NCBI RefSeq assembly: GCF_001194135.2
Contig: NC_068993.1
Span: 19,134,712 to 19,198,711, forward strand
DNA length: 64,000 nt
Source: Octopus bimaculoides
Taxonomy: Eukaryota
Direction: 5' to 3'
This document shows, piece after piece, positions 63,415-64,000 of the stretch. The position numbers and the translations under genes were made by a program. The first letter of the stretch is position 1, and each line of letters begins with the position of its first letter. A model generated the notes under the pieces. That model made no database searches and was not told the DNA's origin. It saw nothing but the letters and a program-made list of their open reading frames with translations.

Positions 63415-64000
63415 AGAAAATGGAGAAAATTTTGATCAACAAACAAATAAATTGATCAACATCGGTTAATTGTTTTTTAATACAAAAAATAACATAACAT
63501 TACATTACATTTTCTACCGCCGTTTCGGCTGCCGATGTCAATTGGTGCTTACAAAGAAAATTCTGAAAATGATATTCGCAATCTTTATAACACATTCGTT
63601 GCTCGAGTACATGAAGCTTCATCAGAGTGAATACAAATATATAAAATAAAATAAATAAATAAAGCGAAGAGGAAATAGGAAAGACAGGACCTCGAGATGA
63701 GGCCAGAAGGCTCTATATATTCGAATCATACCATTTTGCCGGGTGAAGCATGAAATGGGTAGGCAAAAGAGTTCCCAACGTTTACACCCAGGCCACATTT
63801 CTAGCACCCCCAATCAAACTAATCATCACAAATATAGACCCATTTCTGAAGCAAATTCAAAAGCCACTGTATTTAACAAAAAATACTTAAAGTAATGTTT
63901 CCATTATTTTGTTGCTTTTACATGATTCGCTATCCCATTATCGCTCCACTTTTCTTCAACGCCCCCTTGGAACTAACTTACCAACGCCCCCAGGGCTAAA

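Overview
Eukaryotic, AT-rich, repeat-saturated draft-assembly DNA with about 20 N-gaps, most bordered by (TA)n, (CA)n, (TG)n or trinucleotide microsatellites. The tRNA-derived SINE families and microsatellite density point to a coleoid cephalopod, most likely Octopus (inference from remembered repeat consensuses, not a database search). I found no intact protein-coding gene, tRNA, rRNA or CRISPR array; nearly all ORF-track entries are microsatellite or gap artefacts. The only recognisable coding sequence is decayed transposon material: two R4/Dong-type RLE LINE fragments (232-1370 minus, 51104-52356 plus), a Tx1/L1-clade LINE (2534-4190 plus), an hATm-like transposase N-terminus (30470-31010 minus) and an internally deleted mariner (20827-21009). 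Around these lie over 20 SINE copies of three families (my labels A, B, C), nested hAT and Tc2-like MITEs, and several minisatellites and local duplications. The observations most worth checking are a 96-bp fold-back inversion of a LINE endonuclease segment, a 3.2-kb cluster of convergently oriented SINEs (possible dsRNA/ADAR substrate), and three repeats with degenerate hammerhead-like cores. I cannot support a new multi-gene system here.
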